Below, one piece after another: positions 8,734 to 17,981 of a stretch of DNA of 64,000 nt. The notes beneath the pieces are model-generated. The model did no database searches, was not told the DNA's origin, and worked only from the letters and a program-made list of their open reading frames with translations. The translations under genes were made by a program, and so were the position numbers. Source of the stretch: a virus (lineage: Duplodnaviria; Caudoviricetes); the IMG/VR virus record IMGVR_UViG_3300014204_000175, positions 6,784 to 70,783 of that record. The stretch is one strand, 5' to 3'. How positions within the stretch are numbered: the first letter of the stretch is position 1; the number at the start of each line of letters is the position of its first letter.

Positions 8734-9439
8734 TTGCAATCTCCGACAATGTACGATATTGCGACTGAACATTATGACTCAATAGCTTTTCAAGAAAATC
8801 GGCAACGCCAAATTCATGATCATTGACAAATAACCTGGCAAAGGTCTGCTTTATATCTTTCTGATCATGTTGCCTGAATTCCAAATAATCGCTCCATTTG
8901 GCGGTATTCAGGTAACAGTGAACCGGATGAAAACAAAGAACCTTCAATCCGTTTTCGTCCCATATCTGCCATTCCGGGCATGGCTTCGATAGCTCTGCAT
9001 CATCCGACCAGAAATAGGGCATGCGCCAAATAGATTCGCCAGACGTATATTTTGTCCTGAATGGATTGATCCCTTCCATGCCACCCAGATATACAGAACT
9101 ATCCACTTGCATGCCGTAAACGGCAAGCAGGCGCGCTACGCTGGCGGAATAAACCATGGCATGAGTACGCGCCGCCTTGGCATCCGGAACAATCCTCAAT
9201 AACCCTTTCATGACCTCTGCTGAATTCTTTCCTTGAGTGCTGCCTTGCAAAAAATTTGGATGAATACCGAGTTCAACGAATGGGCTCTTTTTAAGCTCAA
9301 GGAGAATCGGACTATCATGGGTGATGAACCATGTGCTTTTGATGTTTCTGATTGTCAGCCACTTCAAAAGGGCATCAGACATAAAATCTGGCACCCAGTC
9401 CTGATCTACTGTGATGGCTATTTCATTTAATCTATCCAT
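8720..9439 (-). CDS. Polysaccharide deacetylase, WbmS-like
   Basis: ITVDQDWVPD...TWFITH...ELGIHPNF...RTH...FHPVH NodB/CE4-type motifs. Confidence 0.8.
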   Translation of the reverse strand: MDRLNEIAITVDQDWVPDFMSDALLKWLTIRNIKSTWFITHDSPILLELKKSPFVELGIHPNFLQGSTQGKNSAEVMKGLLRIVPDAKAARTHAMVYSASVARLLAVYGMQVDSSVYLGGMEGINPFRTKYTSGESIWRMPYFWSDDAELSKPCPEWQIWDENGLKVLCFHPVHCYLNTAKWSDYLEFRQHDQKDIKQTFARLFVNDHEFGVADFLEKLLSHNVQSQYRTLSEIANGIV

Positions 9440-10338
9440 CCCGCCTCCCTCTTAAAATCAACCAATGCCGCATCATAATTATACTTCGGCACCCAGTTCA
9501 AATACTTGATCGATTTTTCAATATCAAAATTACTGCCTTTCGTCCTGACCTCCGAGATATCCGGCCTCATGATGATCTTGGAAGGATTATCAATGTGACA
9601 AAACACCCGACAGATGGCCTTGATCTCATCAAGAATCGTCAATGGCTTGCCCGATCCAATATTGTAATAACCAACCGGAGCATCTTCCGTCTCAACCGCC
9701 TTAATAAAAGCATCGCAGACATCTTTGATATAGATAAAATCTCTGGCCGTCGTTGGTGGATCGCCCCACACCTCAATCGGCTCGCCATTTCTAGCTTTGT
9801 TGATAAATTGATGGAATGGCGAATTGTATTTGGTGTCGCTGGAACCATATCCTCGAATATTGGCAAGGCGAAGAATATAGCCCTTGACTACTTTCATCCT
9901 GTTGTATGCCTCAACCATATCAGCGGCGGCAACTTTTGACTGGATGAATGGGATTGCATTATGCTCCCAGCTTGTTGTACCATACATCTGAGAACCATAC
10001 GGATAAATCTTTCCTTGGCCAATAAGGTTCGTGTCCGAATGGGTCATGGCATAAATCAATTTCGGGATCTTGTTTCTTCGACAAAACTCAAGAACATTAA
10101 GCGTTCCAAGAGTGTTGGCCTCGAAATATTCCTCCGGTGTATGGCCATTGATCATCAGCTTTGCCGCCAGATGAATAACAGCATCAAAATCAATTCCGTC
10201 AAAAGGCCTAAATCCATTCGGATGCGTAACATCAATATCGTAATGATTGGCAGCACAACAACCGATATCTTGGTCGCCCAACATTTCCGTCAAATACCTG
10301 CCAATGAATCCGTCCGCTCCTGTCACTAAAACTTTCAT
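9427..10338 (-). CDS. NAD-dependent epimerase/dehydratase
   Basis: VLVTGADGFIG, HLAA, NTLGT and RDFIYIKD extended-SDR motifs. Confidence 0.9.
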   Translation of the reverse strand: MKVLVTGADGFIGRYLTEMLGDQDIGCCAANHYDIDVTHPNGFRPFDGIDFDAVIHLAAKLMINGHTPEEYFEANTLGTLNVLEFCRRNKIPKLIYAMTHSDTNLIGQGKIYPYGSQMYGTTSWEHNAIPFIQSKVAAADMVEAYNRMKVVKGYILRLANIRGYGSSDTKYNSPFHQFINKARNGEPIEVWGDPPTTARDFIYIKDVCDAFIKAVETEDAPVGYYNIGSGKPLTILDEIKAICRVFCHIDNPSKIIMRPDISEVRTKGSNFDIEKSIKYLNWVPKYNYDAALVDFKREAGWID

Positions 10339-10350
10339 CTCCCGGCCTCC

Positions 10351-11394
10351 TTAATCCTCAATTTGTCGAAATGGAATCACATAAAAATATGGATATCCCT
10401 TTAGCAATTCCTGTTTGGTTGTCCCCTTTGGAATCTGCCTTAAAATCCTTGTATAGTATGTGTAGTTTTGACTCTCGCCGCCAAATCGCTGCTTGAAATG
10501 GAGCACCGATTCCATTCCCGGGATCGTCGTCCCTCCCCAATTCCAATACTTATACCCTGCTTTCGCCGCATCGGTCATAGCTTGATAAATCAAGCCATGC
10601 AACGGATCAAGATGACGATACTCGACCTTGATCGCCGGAGTCATGTAGTCGACTGTCTTGTTGAAATACTTTAAGAGTAGTGCTGCAACAGACTCTCCTC
10701 CGATAGTTGCGTTATAGAGCCGATAATTGTCGCCATATTTGAAAGCTTTAGATATGATATCAAATTCCATTTTTTTAACAGGAGCTTTCATTGCGAACAT
10801 ATTCACGCGATGCATTTCTGCAAGTTCTTTCATACATCCTTTATCTTCTCTACCGTTAGAAAATCTTAATGATTTGCGAATTTGGTTGCGAGTCTTTTGA
10901 TGAATCTTGGCCATCAACTGTTTATCAAAATCAGCACGATAAGCATAATCCGGCAAGGTAGTGACCGTTCCAACTCTCTTGTCAACTACATGATCATATT
11001 GATCAAAAAAGATGTCGTAAAGATCGACATCTTCAAATGGCCTTGAAATAAAGGTGGCTGTAATACATTTTGTCCATTCTGCCGCTTTCATCATAGCAGA
11101 TAAAAGATTGATTTTTACCTCGTCGTAATCTGCCAACACGCCAGGGTTTGATCCGAACCAAGGAAGAGAGTTCATAACTGGTCCAAACGGGCCATTGCAA
11201 ATAAACGACGGCAAAATACCAACTACCTGACCATATTCTTTTGCGACAAAATAATACGGGATAGATCCTTTTGGCAGCAGCCTTAACAAAAAATTCCTGA
11301 ATTGGTATGACGAATTGAACAATGATCTTTCATGGGTTCCGGCATAATCATCCCATGCTTGAAGATCGTCTTCATTCAACAACTCTACAATCAT
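10351..11394 (-). CDS. FemAB-like GNAT-fold transferase
   Basis: AWDDY...SLPWFG...KTRNQIRKS...YWNWGGT...HFKQRFGG, the double-GNAT FemABX/Acetyltransf_6 pattern. Confidence 0.75.
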   Translation of the reverse strand: MIVELLNEDDLQAWDDYAGTHERSLFNSSYQFRNFLLRLLPKGSIPYYFVAKEYGQVVGILPSFICNGPFGPVMNSLPWFGSNPGVLADYDEVKINLLSAMMKAAEWTKCITATFISRPFEDVDLYDIFFDQYDHVVDKRVGTVTTLPDYAYRADFDKQLMAKIHQKTRNQIRKSLRFSNGREDKGCMKELAEMHRVNMFAMKAPVKKMEFDIISKAFKYGDNYRLYNATIGGESVAALLLKYFNKTVDYMTPAIKVEYRHLDPLHGLIYQAMTDAAKAGYKYWNWGGTTIPGMESVLHFKQRFGGESQNYTYYTRILRQIPKGTTKQELLKGYPYFYVIPFRQIED

Positions 11395-11436
11395 TTTGAT
11401 CTCCTTGAGATATTGTATAAAGTATAATCAAAGAAT

Positions 11437-12399
11437 TTAAAAGTTATTTTTCCCTTGATCCAGATACCAACGGATCGTTTTTTGCAGCCCTTCAACCATG
11501 CCAATCTTGTGAGTGAATCCGAGTACATCTTTGGCTTTCAACCCGTTACAGAGATGGCGTCGGACATCGCCTATGCGTTCTGGCCGAACTGCTATTGCCT
11601 GCCAAGTCTCTTCTCCGGACATCTTCAGATACAAATCTCTGATCTCTTCAACCAGCCAGCCGATTTGGATATCATGGCCAGAGCCAATGTTGATAATCTC
11701 GCCTTTTAAATCTGGCCGCTGGCCCATCATAACTGCTGCTCGTGCTGTGTCCTCGACATAAATGTAATCACGGGTCTGCGTCCCTGTTCCACAAATAATT
11801 GGCGATTCGTTTTTCATCAATCTCGCAATAGTCAGAGGGATCACGCCTGCATATGATTCTGCATTTTGCTTTGGCCCGTAATTGTTAAATGGCCGCAATA
11901 TTGAGATGTCGGATCCAAACGTCCTGACATAAGACATGCAGATCAGATCGCCAGCTGCTTTACTTGCCGCATATGGTGTCGAAGCTTCGAGGGGATGATC
12001 TTCGCACATTGGGGCATACCGTGCCGACCCATATACTTCTGATGATGAAAAATGAATCAGTCGAAAAGATTTCATTTCTCGTTGCAATTCACAAAGATTT
12101 GTAATCATAGCAACGTTGCAGTCGATGTTAGCAACGGGATCTTCAAGGGAATGCGGCAATGGGAGCACGGCCAAATTGTAAATCAAATCCGGTTTTACAT
12201 CTTGTAACGTCTCTTCCATATCAAAGAAATTACAAGCATTCACTTTACGCAGATCAATCCCTTTTGGTAGGTTTTCTTCTTTGCCCAGAAACAGATTGTC
12301 AACGACTGTTACAATTGCTCTCTCTTTAATAAAGGCATCAACGAGATGCGAACCGATGAATCCAGCTCCCCCCACGACAAGAACTTTTGTGTCTTTCAT
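11437..12399 (-). CDS. NDP-sugar epimerase / 4,6-dehydratase
   Basis: GGAGFIGSHLV, SSSEVYG, PYAASK, RPFNNYGP and RDYIYVED motifs. Start moved to MKDTKVLV (RBS AGGGAG). Confidence 0.92.
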   Translation of the reverse strand: MKDTKVLVVGGAGFIGSHLVDAFIKERAIVTVVDNLFLGKEENLPKGIDLRKVNACNFFDMEETLQDVKPDLIYNLAVLPLPHSLEDPVANIDCNVAMITNLCELQREMKSFRLIHFSSSEVYGSARYAPMCEDHPLEASTPYAASKAAGDLICMSYVRTFGSDISILRPFNNYGPKQNAESYAGVIPLTIARLMKNESPIICGTGTQTRDYIYVEDTARAAVMMGQRPDLKGEIINIGSGHDIQIGWLVEEIRDLYLKMSGEETWQAIAVRPERIGDVRRHLCNGLKAKDVLGFTHKIGMVEGLQKTIRWYLDQGKNNF

Positions 12400-12677
12400 C
12401 GATACTCCCTTCCCTGTTCGTCGGCAAAATATGCAAAAGCACCTTTTCCGACTAAGACTGCATCCTCGTAAAAGCACCGATCAAGAGGATCTTCAAGAAG
12501 CGCTCCTACCGTTATCAGTTCGGTATATTCAACAATTCTCCCGTCTGTCAATCTCGCAAATGTCCGATCGCGGTTCGCATCCCGCAAATGCGACCATTGT
12601 TTTTTTGAATACCAAAGATCACCCGTTAAGGATGCCTCTGTTACTTTCTCAAGATAATCAATTGGTGCTCTGCCCAT
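12396..12677 (-). CDS. Hypothetical protein
   Basis: 93 aa, translationally coupled to both neighbours. Confidence 0.6.
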   Translation of the reverse strand: MGRAPIDYLEKVTEASLTGDLWYSKKQWSHLRDANRDRTFARLTDGRIVEYTELITVGALLEDPLDRCFYEDAVLVGKGAFAYFADEQGREYR

Positions 12678-13339
12678 TATTCTTTCTCCTCTCCTAAACT
12701 CCCAAAAATAGCCGGTATTTTATCCTTCATTTCATTCATCAGCGGAATCATGATTTCTGACATCTGCGGATGTGGCTTGCCAGTTAATCCTAACGCTCGT
12801 TGTTCGAATACCAATCTCCACTCACGGAAATTTGCTGTCATGACAATTTCAGTTTTAAGAGAATTCGGCAGGACTGTTCGAGCTTGCTGTGGGGACCAAT
12901 TTTTACCAAGAAGATCAAGGTAAGACATCTCCGCTTCTTGCATGGCTTGAAACCATCTAAAATCAGAAGTATATGGGTCGGCTATTTCGGCAGGATCACA
13001 TTCTTCCCAATCGTATTCTCCTTCCAAGATATTTACCCACGGTGGAATAATGAACGTAACACCACCACTATAATTGCAATATCTCGTTGATTCTTGGCTA
13101 TAAACAGCCATCCGATGTCTTACAAGCTCATGGGTAAACCCGCGATCAACGATAAACTTAACAGTCATGGACCCATGCTCGATGATTGTTAAATGCTTGG
13201 CTTTGATTTTACTTTTCAAGAACGCAGCAGGGGCGCCTTTCGATTCCGACTTATAGCATGTTCTTCCGGCTTTCTCCATCAACAACAAATCGGCTCCATT
13301 GATTGCTAAAATCTCATAGCTTGGCTTTATTAAGATCAT
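12677..13339 (-). CDS. thyX: FAD-dependent thymidylate synthase
   Basis: Signature HELVRHRMAVYSQESTRY, plus ARTVLPN and ANFREW...HPQM. Confidence 0.95.
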   Translation of the reverse strand: MILIKPSYEILAINGADLLLMEKAGRTCYKSESKGAPAAFLKSKIKAKHLTIIEHGSMTVKFIVDRGFTHELVRHRMAVYSQESTRYCNYSGGVTFIIPPWVNILEGEYDWEECDPAEIADPYTSDFRWFQAMQEAEMSYLDLLGKNWSPQQARTVLPNSLKTEIVMTANFREWRLVFEQRALGLTGKPHPQMSEIMIPLMNEMKDKIPAIFGSLGEEKE

Positions 13340-14421
13340 ATCTCTCCTCCTTTATCCCATTCTTTTTGCAAGTCCAACCCGTACCAGACTGGCAACGAAA
13401 TGCAATTCTCTGCTAAGTACGCAGAATTTGGCAACAACCGATTCATATAGAAAGCCGGATGAGTATGACAAGCATAAGTTCCAACGCCCGTCTCAAATCC
13501 TTTCTCTCTCATGTAATCTACAACTGCCTGTCGTTGACCAACTGCACATCTACAAACATATGCTTGGAGGATGTCTTCTTTTGCATGCCATAAAGGTGCC
13601 GTTATTCGCTCCGAGAGAAAAGAGTCGGTGGCAATAATCTTCCCCCAAATGACCGCTTGTTCTCGCCTTGCCCTTATCGTCTTTTCAATTCGAGACAACT
13701 GAACCAGACCGATGGCGGCTGCGATATCAGACATCTTGAAATTAAAACCGAATTGACTAAATTGAACCGGCCCAACCCTCCCGAAAGTTCTTTCAATGCC
13801 AAAGTTGGAAGCTCGTTTCATCCTATTTGCCAGCACCGCACTATTTGTTGCGATCAATCCTCCCTCTCCGGTCGTTATGCCTTTTCTGGCATGCAGAGAA
13901 AAGCAACCGATGCCGCCAATAGTGCCAAGCATCCGTCCTTCGTAAGAAGCCCCCAAGGCGCAAGCGGCGTCCTCAATGACTTTGAGATCATATTGTTTGG
14001 CAATCTCCATGATTTTTATCATTGGCGCCGAACGACCAAACAAATGGACAGGCACGATAGCCTTTGTACGGCTTGTAATGGCCCTCTCAATTTTATCGGC
14101 ATCGATATTATACGAATACATGTTAACGTCAACAAGCACCGGCGTAGCGCCTGATGCAAGGATTGCTAATGGAGTCGCTGGAAAAGTAAAATCTGGACAG
14201 ATCACTTCGTTCCCTGGACCAACGCCAAGAGCTTTCAAGGCCAAGAAAAGAGCAGATGTGCAATTGGTTACGCTGATGACATAGTTACAATTCAAGTATT
14301 TTGCAACGGCCTTTTCAAACGCTTCGCACATTGGCCCTTGAGCAACCCACCCAGATTGCAAAACTTTTCTGACTGCTTCAACTTCTTCTTCATCAAAATA
14401 TGGCTTATTTAATGGGATCAT
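13336..14421 (-). CDS. DegT/DnrJ/EryC1/StrS PLP-dependent sugar aminotransferase
   Basis: SGWVAQGP, PDFTFPAT, PVHLFG, IEDAACALG, FSLHARKGITTGEGG and NFKMSDIAAAIG motifs. Confidence 0.95.
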   Translation of the reverse strand: MIPLNKPYFDEEEVEAVRKVLQSGWVAQGPMCEAFEKAVAKYLNCNYVISVTNCTSALFLALKALGVGPGNEVICPDFTFPATPLAILASGATPVLVDVNMYSYNIDADKIERAITSRTKAIVPVHLFGRSAPMIKIMEIAKQYDLKVIEDAACALGASYEGRMLGTIGGIGCFSLHARKGITTGEGGLIATNSAVLANRMKRASNFGIERTFGRVGPVQFSQFGFNFKMSDIAAAIGLVQLSRIEKTIRARREQAVIWGKIIATDSFLSERITAPLWHAKEDILQAYVCRCAVGQRQAVVDYMREKGFETGVGTYACHTHPAFYMNRLLPNSAYLAENCISLPVWYGLDLQKEWDKGGEI

Positions 14422-14953
14422 ATGTCCTCGCCTCTCTTGTTATTGACAAATCACCCAACAAATCCATAGGCGGAAGTTTCAAAGATTCAACTAATGGCTG
14501 CGAGGCTGGATTGCCAATCACCACACAACCCGCATTAACATCCTTGGTAACAACTGAACCAGCACCAATCATAGCGCCTTCTCCAATTATGATGCCTGGT
14601 AAGATAATGCTGCCTGCTCCAATAACTGCACCTTTCTTTATGAGGGTTGGCGACCAATCCTTTTTGTCTCCGGGCGGATGTTTATCGTTGGTAAATGTAA
14701 CTCTTGGCCCGATGAAACAATCATCTTCTATCGTCACTCCTGATGGAATAAAACAAAAGGCGGCAATTCTGACATTGTCGCCGATAATTACTCCCGGACC
14801 AATCTCCACGAATGCTCCAATGTTACAATTCTCGCCAATCTTAAAATCCCCGTATAAATTGACAAATTCAGGGCGCCATATTATAGTGTTTTCCCCGATA
14901 TCCCATGAATCATAAACATCAAAAATCTCCTTTTTCTTTTGCCACATTTTCAA
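14405..14953 (-). CDS. Hexapeptide-repeat N-acyltransferase (WbpD/WxcM-like)
   Basis: Left-handed beta-helix repeats, FIGPRVTFTND and GAGSVVTKDV...GNPA. Confidence 0.9.
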   Translation of the reverse strand: MKMWQKKKEIFDVYDSWDIGENTIIWRPEFVNLYGDFKIGENCNIGAFVEIGPGVIIGDNVRIAAFCFIPSGVTIEDDCFIGPRVTFTNDKHPPGDKKDWSPTLIKKGAVIGAGSIILPGIIIGEGAMIGAGSVVTKDVNAGCVVIGNPASQPLVESLKLPPMDLLGDLSITREARTYDPIK

Positions 14954-14970
14954 TCCTTCTTTAAATTAAT

Positions 14971-15044
14971 AAAAAATAGCTGGTTGCCGATCGCCAGTCG
15001 GTGGTGTTCCTTTGGGACCGACCGACTAATCAGAACAACCAGCT
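14971..15044 (-). terminator. Long imperfect hairpin followed by a U-tract
   Basis: AGCTGGTTG/CAACCAGCT at 14978-14986/15036-15044 encloses AGTCGGT/ACCGACT. An A-tract at 14971-14976 gives the U-tract on the minus strand. Confidence 0.55.
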
Positions 15045-15269
15045 AAGCACTAGGCAACAAGGCCGACCGTACTCAAATCCAATAATATGATTGATTCATT
15101 ATTTCATTTTGTCCCTCCTTTTCTTTATTTGCATCTTCTTTTGGCACATATGCCGGGCGCCGAAGCTTTAAACTTTAAGCCAAAATATTCAAAGTGCATT
15201 TGAAAAAGGCTTTCCTCTGATCATTGCGTAATCACCTCCTTTTTTTGATAAATAAAACCTTTCAACTTT

Positions 15270-15298
15270 ATTATACCCCCTTTTTCAAAAATCATCAT
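15270..15298 (-). promoter_or_regulatory. Putative promoter ATGATG-17-TATAAT
   Basis: Minus strand ATGATGATTTTTGAAAAAGGGGGTATAAT. Confidence 0.5.
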
Positions 15299-16274
15299 AG
15301 ATAAATTTAGGATTTTTACAGCCATCCAGATACTCATCTCGATTCATGATGAGATCAAAGAGGTACAGATACCGTTTCAATATTGTTTTTGTTGAGAAAT
15401 TACGCCGGGCAAACGTTTTTGTTTCCTTCCCCCATCTTTGCAATTCTGCATCGCTCAGGGCGGCCAACATCTTGATCTTTTGCTTCAGGTTCTCTTTACA
15501 AATCAAAACAGTTGGATTGTCGGAGTAGTGGCTCATAATCCATGGACCCAGACAACTCATTACCACATGGCCCAACCACATCGATTCAACCCCGGATATG
15601 CCCCACGCCCCATGCAGGCTTGTGAAGGTGACTTGGCATTCCTGTTTTCGTTCCAGACATTCCTTATTTGACAACTGGCTGAGAATCTCCAATTCAACAA
15701 GGACGCCTTCGGCTTGCAACTCGCCAATAACCTGGTACAAATAATCATACCCTTTCATTGGATTGCCTGCTGATCCAGCGCAGATCTTTAGCGGCCCATT
15801 GCCGCGGCGCAACGCAACAGGAACGTCATCCATATCCCCATACTTGGTGAAATAAGACCCAAGATGATAAAAGCTATTCAAGAGATGGCCGGTAATGGAC
15901 CAATCGGTGCCAGTAATTGCCAAGATGCCGGTGTTCTCATGGAATCGCTGGAGGGTTTGCCAATTATCTCTAAGCTCCGATCCGTAATACTTAATGCAGC
16001 AGTTGTTTTTGTTGAGTAAGCCATTGCTATCCCAATCTGTTCCGGCCCAACTGAAGATTCCCCGACCAAAATGAAAAAAGTCGCATTGCTTGACCCAGTC
16101 TGTCGCCTCCTTCTCTGCCCCCGGATCTGAAAGCAAGATATCCTTGTCGTAGGCGAAGGAATCATCATATGCAATGATGCAACGTGCCTTATGTTGCGTG
16201 TATTTATTGATTGCCCTCATCAACGCTGTTGGCTGACCAGCGATATTGAAGTCCGAAATGATACTAATATTCAT
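15285..16274 (-). CDS. Glycosyltransferase (GT-B, GT4-like)
   Basis: C-terminal pattern NPMKGYD...ECLERK...WGISGVESMWLGHVV resembles the GT4 EAMAxG motif; located in a sugar cluster. Confidence 0.7.
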   Translation of the reverse strand: MNISIISDFNIAGQPTALMRAINKYTQHKARCIIAYDDSFAYDKDILLSDPGAEKEATDWVKQCDFFHFGRGIFSWAGTDWDSNGLLNKNNCCIKYYGSELRDNWQTLQRFHENTGILAITGTDWSITGHLLNSFYHLGSYFTKYGDMDDVPVALRRGNGPLKICAGSAGNPMKGYDYLYQVIGELQAEGVLVELEILSQLSNKECLERKQECQVTFTSLHGAWGISGVESMWLGHVVMSCLGPWIMSHYSDNPTVLICKENLKQKIKMLAALSDAELQRWGKETKTFARRNFSTKTILKRYLYLFDLIMNRDEYLDGCKNPKFIYDDF

Positions 16275-16468
16275 GAAGCTCCTCCTTCAACCAAAACGTT
16301 ATTTGCCGTTTTTATTTCCACCATTGCCTTCATCGGATCATCTTTCATCGGAGTAAAAACAACCAGGCCTTTGCAAGTCATAGTCCTTACTTCCTTTTGA
16401 CCACTAATACAATGGCTAAAACTGGCATGCAACCTGGCCAATTCCCAGTCGGCAGGTTCTTTTCCCAT
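16271..16468 (-). CDS. Hypothetical protein
   Basis: 65 aa ORF filling the gap between coupled genes. Confidence 0.4.
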   Translation of the reverse strand: MGKEPADWELARLHASFSHCISGQKEVRTMTCKGLVVFTPMKDDPMKAMVEIKTANNVLVEGGAS

Positions 16469-16469
16469 G

Positions 16470-17216
16470 CTATATTTCCTCCTCCATCTTTGCTAAATCG
16501 TCCTGCATCTTAATTGTCAGCTCAAAGAATGGATGCATCATTTGTTCATTGAGAATTTCCATATTTTGAAGAACGCAATGGCCACCAATCTTGCCGATAG
16601 GAGGATCCAAAACGTACCTCTGCAAATCAGGGAGGCCCATATCAAAATTCAATTTATTGTAATCCCGATCATAATCCTTGACAAATTTGTAATCAAGATC
16701 AATTGCTTTCGCCGCATGTCCAGACCATCGGGCCAATTCAACATTGACTCCATAGATCGCCAATGACCTGAGCTTGAGAAACTCTGTATGAGTCGAAGAT
16801 GAAAACCACTTGATATGCTCAATACCGCATTGCGAAAAAAAAGCGCGAGCAAGTTCATTCTCGCCACCTATATACCGAACATGCTCTTGTAGATAATCGC
16901 TCATCTTATCATGTCTCCCTTCAACTGGCGAATGAACCGTATCTTCCGATATCTGATCGCAAGTACCAATCGGAACGGTTGAAAAGACAACTATCACTTC
17001 GGGGTGAAACCTTTCTTGAAGCGCCTTTACATCTTCGACAAATGTTTTAGAGTATGGAAACGCAATTGCTAATACGTCGCAATATACATCGCAATAACAC
17101 GGATTCTCAATATCAAATCCGGCTGCCGGATCATAAAGCATCCAATCGTGATACTGCCTCCACGCTCCAAATATCCCTTTGCCAACTTCTCCATATCCGG
17201 CAAGAATTACTTTCAT
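16470..17216 (-). CDS. UDP-glucose/GDP-mannose dehydrogenase family protein (short form)
   Basis: GYGEVGK Rossmann motif, FSTVPIGT, HSPVEG and catalytic GGHCV. Start moved to MKVILAG. Confidence 0.8.
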   Translation of the reverse strand: MKVILAGYGEVGKGIFGAWRQYHDWMLYDPAAGFDIENPCYCDVYCDVLAIAFPYSKTFVEDVKALQERFHPEVIVVFSTVPIGTCDQISEDTVHSPVEGRHDKMSDYLQEHVRYIGGENELARAFFSQCGIEHIKWFSSSTHTEFLKLRSLAIYGVNVELARWSGHAAKAIDLDYKFVKDYDRDYNKLNFDMGLPDLQRYVLDPPIGKIGGHCVLQNMEILNEQMMHPFFELTIKMQDDLAKMEEEI

Positions 17217-17767
17217 TTTCCTGCCTCCGGCAAATCGGTCCATTCAACCAATTTATCGATAGCGGCCAGTTCTTGAGAATTCAAATAATCTCCGAGTGCG
17301 GACAACTTCAATTCGATCCTCTGAAAAGGAATTGAAACTTCCGCATCTTTCAATTCTTTGAATTCCTGATCAAAAGAATCTTGCGATCCTTCGCCTTGAA
17401 ATGAATATGCTTGTTGTGGGGCACCATCTTCTCCAAATACCGGGACAGGACATTGAATCGTTTGCCCAAATTCGTCTTTCTGCAGAATCATCCTGGTCCT
17501 TGTCGTCATCAACGGCTTTCCGTCTTCTCCTTTGTCGCAATAACGTTCCGCAGTCTCAATACGCGCTTTTTCATAATCCTTGACCAATTTTTTGAATTCA
17601 TCGAAGAAACGCCCAATCCAATACCTGGCAACGCCGCCCAAAGAGATCTCTCTCGGTGCCGTAATCAGCTTCTGAAATCCTTGAGATGAACTAATTTCAA
17701 TCAAATCCTCATTTGTCAATAATACGCACTTCTCTTTGATCTTAATTACATTACTCTTTGTTTTCAT
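17213..17767 (-). CDS. Hypothetical protein
   Basis: 184 aa, in operon with an RBS. Confidence 0.65.
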   Translation of the reverse strand: MKTKSNVIKIKEKCVLLTNEDLIEISSSQGFQKLITAPREISLGGVARYWIGRFFDEFKKLVKDYEKARIETAERYCDKGEDGKPLMTTRTRMILQKDEFGQTIQCPVPVFGEDGAPQQAYSFQGEGSQDSFDQEFKELKDAEVSIPFQRIELKLSALGDYLNSQELAAIDKLVEWTDLPEAGK

Positions 17768-17939
17768 CCTTTTCTCCTTTTGTTTTATTGATAATTATAT
17801 TCATGTTGCCATTATGACTTACAACTCTTACCCGATACGCCTTATCAAATAAAATATCTCCTTGTATGGATATATCTGGGCGAATACAAACATATCCCGT
17901 ATGTGCCGATACGTCTTCGCTCGTTATTTCCTTTTCCAT
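17751..17939 (-). CDS. Hypothetical protein
   Basis: 62 aa with GGAGG RBS; TATAAT at 17961-17966. Confidence 0.55.
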   Translation of the reverse strand: MEKEITSEDVSAHTGYVCIRPDISIQGDILFDKAYRVRVVSHNGNMNIIINKTKGEKDENKE

Positions 17940-17981
17940 TCTTTACCTCCCGATGCATCTATTATATACCTTGATCAATAA

